From Craspedostauros australis (Eukaryota), in the NCBI GenBank assembly GCA_030167865.1, contig JALAGF010000475.1, forward strand, positions 1 to 36,700: DNA of 36,700 nt. Direction: 5' to 3'. The notes beneath the pieces are model-generated. The model saw only the letters and a list, made by a program, of their open reading frames with translations. It ran no database searches and was not told the origin of the DNA. Positions 34,392 through 36,700 of the stretch are shown here, piece by piece. Within the stretch, counting starts at the first letter, position 1. Each line of letters starts with the position of its first letter. Both the position numbers and the translations under genes were made by a program.

Positions 34392-35885
34392 TCAACGTGA
34401 CGATGCGTCGGCCTGCTGCCTGCGAGAGAGATGATCGTTGATGGCATTCATCAGCGGGACCATGTGGTGCAGATTGATTTGATCGATCTCTGCAGAATGA
34501 AGCGACGACGCCAATGCGGCGAGATGATGCTGAATGCCGGCAGTGCCTTCGAGCGCGAGGATGGTGTTGATGTATTGTCGGTCGTGGCAAGCTGGATCCG
34601 CTGTGGTGGTGTCAGCGGGTGTATCGTTTTGTGCTTGAGCGACCGTTGTCGGCCGTGGGTGTTGCAGTTGTGATTGAGATACATGAGAGCGGTTGCCGCT
34701 GCCGTGCATGGAATCTCCAAACATGAGTCGCTTTGGTGGCAACGGGGTCACCTCCACAAGATTAGGAGGGCTTCCTCGACTATTGGGGAGAGACGCTCGC
34801 CCTCTGTGATGAGGCATCACTGCCCTGGCAAATCGAGAGGGCGGAGGCTTCTTGGAAGTGTCAGAATCCCCGGAAGTGGCGTCGTCGTGGCGAGATGGCG
34901 CAGCGTCACGCAATCTTCGGGCCTTGGAAGGAAACATGTTGGCGGTGCCACTGCGTTGCACGTGTCCTTGGTCTCTTTCACGTTTGCGGCGCAGCTGGAT
35001 GGATCTCGTCCGACAGCGAGGCGCTGCCTCAGCCGTTGATAAGCCTTCCCCATCATTGCTTGAATGGCTCATCGACACCACCGGAGATGGCACGATCGCC
35101 ATGTCAGCACACGGCTTGCTTGCTGGCAAGTTTTTTTGCGCAGGTTTTCGTTGCCAGATCATCTTCGATACGTGAGTCTCAACTGTCGCTGATGGCGCAG
35201 TGGTGCATGGTGTCTCGCCAACGGGAGGCAGCTGTGATGCGCCGAAGAACCAAGACGGGATGACCTGTTCGATATCCATCTTGTACCGGCGAGGATAACG
35301 CGTGATCAATGGGGCGTTGAGGGGAAATTGAGGAACCTCCATGACACGCGTGGCCCTGGCGACCGGCTCGTATGGAGGCACGTCTCGCAGCGCTCGCTTT
35401 TCCAGGAGGTCGCTCTCCCGCAGTGCCCGTCCTGTTTCACGGCTCTGCCGCGCAATGTGGGCCCTCGTGATGATGTGGCTGATGCGATCGCTGAGGATGG
35501 AAAAGAACGGCACCGGCTTGATCTTCGCTGGAACGCGGCTGAAGTTGCGGCAGGCTTCGAACCACGCGCTGTCCTCTGGCCTGACGTCCCTGGCATCCGC
35601 GATCATGACGCTGATCACATTTTGGAACTCCAGGTTGGTGGCATGGTACTCCTTCTCCGTGACAGGATAGCATGCGCCGGCGGTTGCCGCTTGGGTAGTC
35701 CCGACGATGCTGGGCTTCATCTCGCAGTAGGTGATGTACAGGTAGACATAACGCCTCGCGTGGGCGCAGACGATGGCTCTCGCCTCCTCACGAAAGCCGC
35801 CCTTTCTCTTCGGAATGATCACTCGGCTTCCCACAACAGGGAAGCGGTCTTCGGTGAAGAACGGGCGGTGTGAGGTTGTCGCCAT
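34392..35885 (-). CDS. Hypothetical protein, tandem paralogue B (497 aa)
   Basis: ATG in CACC-ATG-GCG context. Clear homology to 31871-33325 in both terminal domains, with a divergent low-complexity middle containing a basic NLS-like LRRKRER. Confidence 0.8.
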   Translation of the reverse strand: MATTSHRPFFTEDRFPVVGSRVIIPKRKGGFREEARAIVCAHARRYVYLYITYCEMKPSIVGTTQAATAGACYPVTEKEYHATNLEFQNVISVMIADARDVRPEDSAWFEACRNFSRVPAKIKPVPFFSILSDRISHIITRAHIARQSRETGRALRESDLLEKRALRDVPPYEPVARATRVMEVPQFPLNAPLITRYPRRYKMDIEQVIPSWFFGASQLPPVGETPCTTAPSATVETHVSKMIWQRKPAQKNLPASKPCADMAIVPSPVVSMSHSSNDGEGLSTAEAAPRCRTRSIQLRRKRERDQGHVQRSGTANMFPSKARRLRDAAPSRHDDATSGDSDTSKKPPPSRFARAVMPHHRGRASLPNSRGSPPNLVEVTPLPPKRLMFGDSMHGSGNRSHVSQSQLQHPRPTTVAQAQNDTPADTTTADPACHDRQYINTILALEGTAGIQHHLAALASSLHSAEIDQINLHHMVPLMNAINDHLSRRQQADASSR

Positions 35886-36700
35886 GGTGCGTTCGTTCTG
35901 AAGCAGTGCCGAAGCAGTGCCGAAGGAGTGCTGTTGTCGTCACTTGTGCTGGTCCCAATGCGGATGGAAGCAAGCGGAGCTCAAGTGCAAGTATGCGTGA
36001 ACGGAGCACAACGTTGATGGATGCTTCCTCGTTCTCTGATTCTCTATTTCTCCACCTTGACTATGCTGCACTCGTACTCGTATGGTACATATTGTGCGGT
36101 TTTGTTGTGAGCGATTTCGTTGGCATTTTGCATGATTGCGTGATTGGCATCCACGATGGTCGGACACCGTGGATGGTTGATGGCCATCACGGCGTTGTTT
36201 GACACACGATGCGTTGGGCGAAGCACATCATCGCGCAAAGATACAGCCAAAGATTCAGCCAGTTGGTATTCCGTGTCTTTCGCACGTTGTCAGGAGGATA
36301 GTCTGTCCTTCAACCGGTTTTGACGCCGTTTGATGTTGAGGACAAAGCTTTATCAGACGATGATGTAACTGTAGTAAACTCGGAAGTAAGCTGTGAAGAT
36401 TGTTTCTGATTGCTTGTTTTATGTGTTAAGCTTACTATTGATAGGACGATCGAGTAAAAAGGTGGGGTTCGTGCTGTCGTACTGTAGCCGTTCTTTGTTG
36501 CGCAGCAGCATGCCGTGGTGATCCTGTACACATACAGTCTTCCAGTATCGTCACCCATGGAGCAGCAGCTGATCCATTCACATGGATATGCTTCAAGATA
36601 GATGCATGTTCAACATAGTGACGAGATGGACAGGTGGCAGGGGTGCATGAGCTGGAGGGCGAGCAACGCATGGATTGCAGTTCAACTACACATCGTGTGT

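Noticed and set aside
35900-36700. Short ORFs at the window end
   Set aside because: All are 110 aa or shorter, without motifs or coding bias.

Overview
Eukaryotic nuclear DNA, most likely from a diatom or other stramenopile (inferred from the YSPTSPA CTD heptads, GT-AG introns and compact gene layout). The window starts in degenerate, TpA-poor, repeat-like DNA (an LTR-like segment and a 130-bp MITE-like element). It then carries a helical/TPR-like hypothetical gene, a bifunctional FAD synthase (PAPS-reductase plus molybdopterin-binding domains), a CCDC137-like basic protein and a ~1030-aa multi-zinc-finger protein ending in a CaaX-like box. These are followed by RPB1 (6 exons), a TPR-like protein, a 3-exon USP48/UBP26-family deubiquitinase and two tandem paralogues of an unknown protein. 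The most unusual structure is the RPB1 CTD: it is split by four phase-2 introns, each inside a Ser codon, so alternative splicing could change CTD length in whole heptads, and a decayed heptad sits in the last intron. RPB1 also lacks the ligands of its first clamp zinc site. All gene models and counts were made by eye; no database searches were run.
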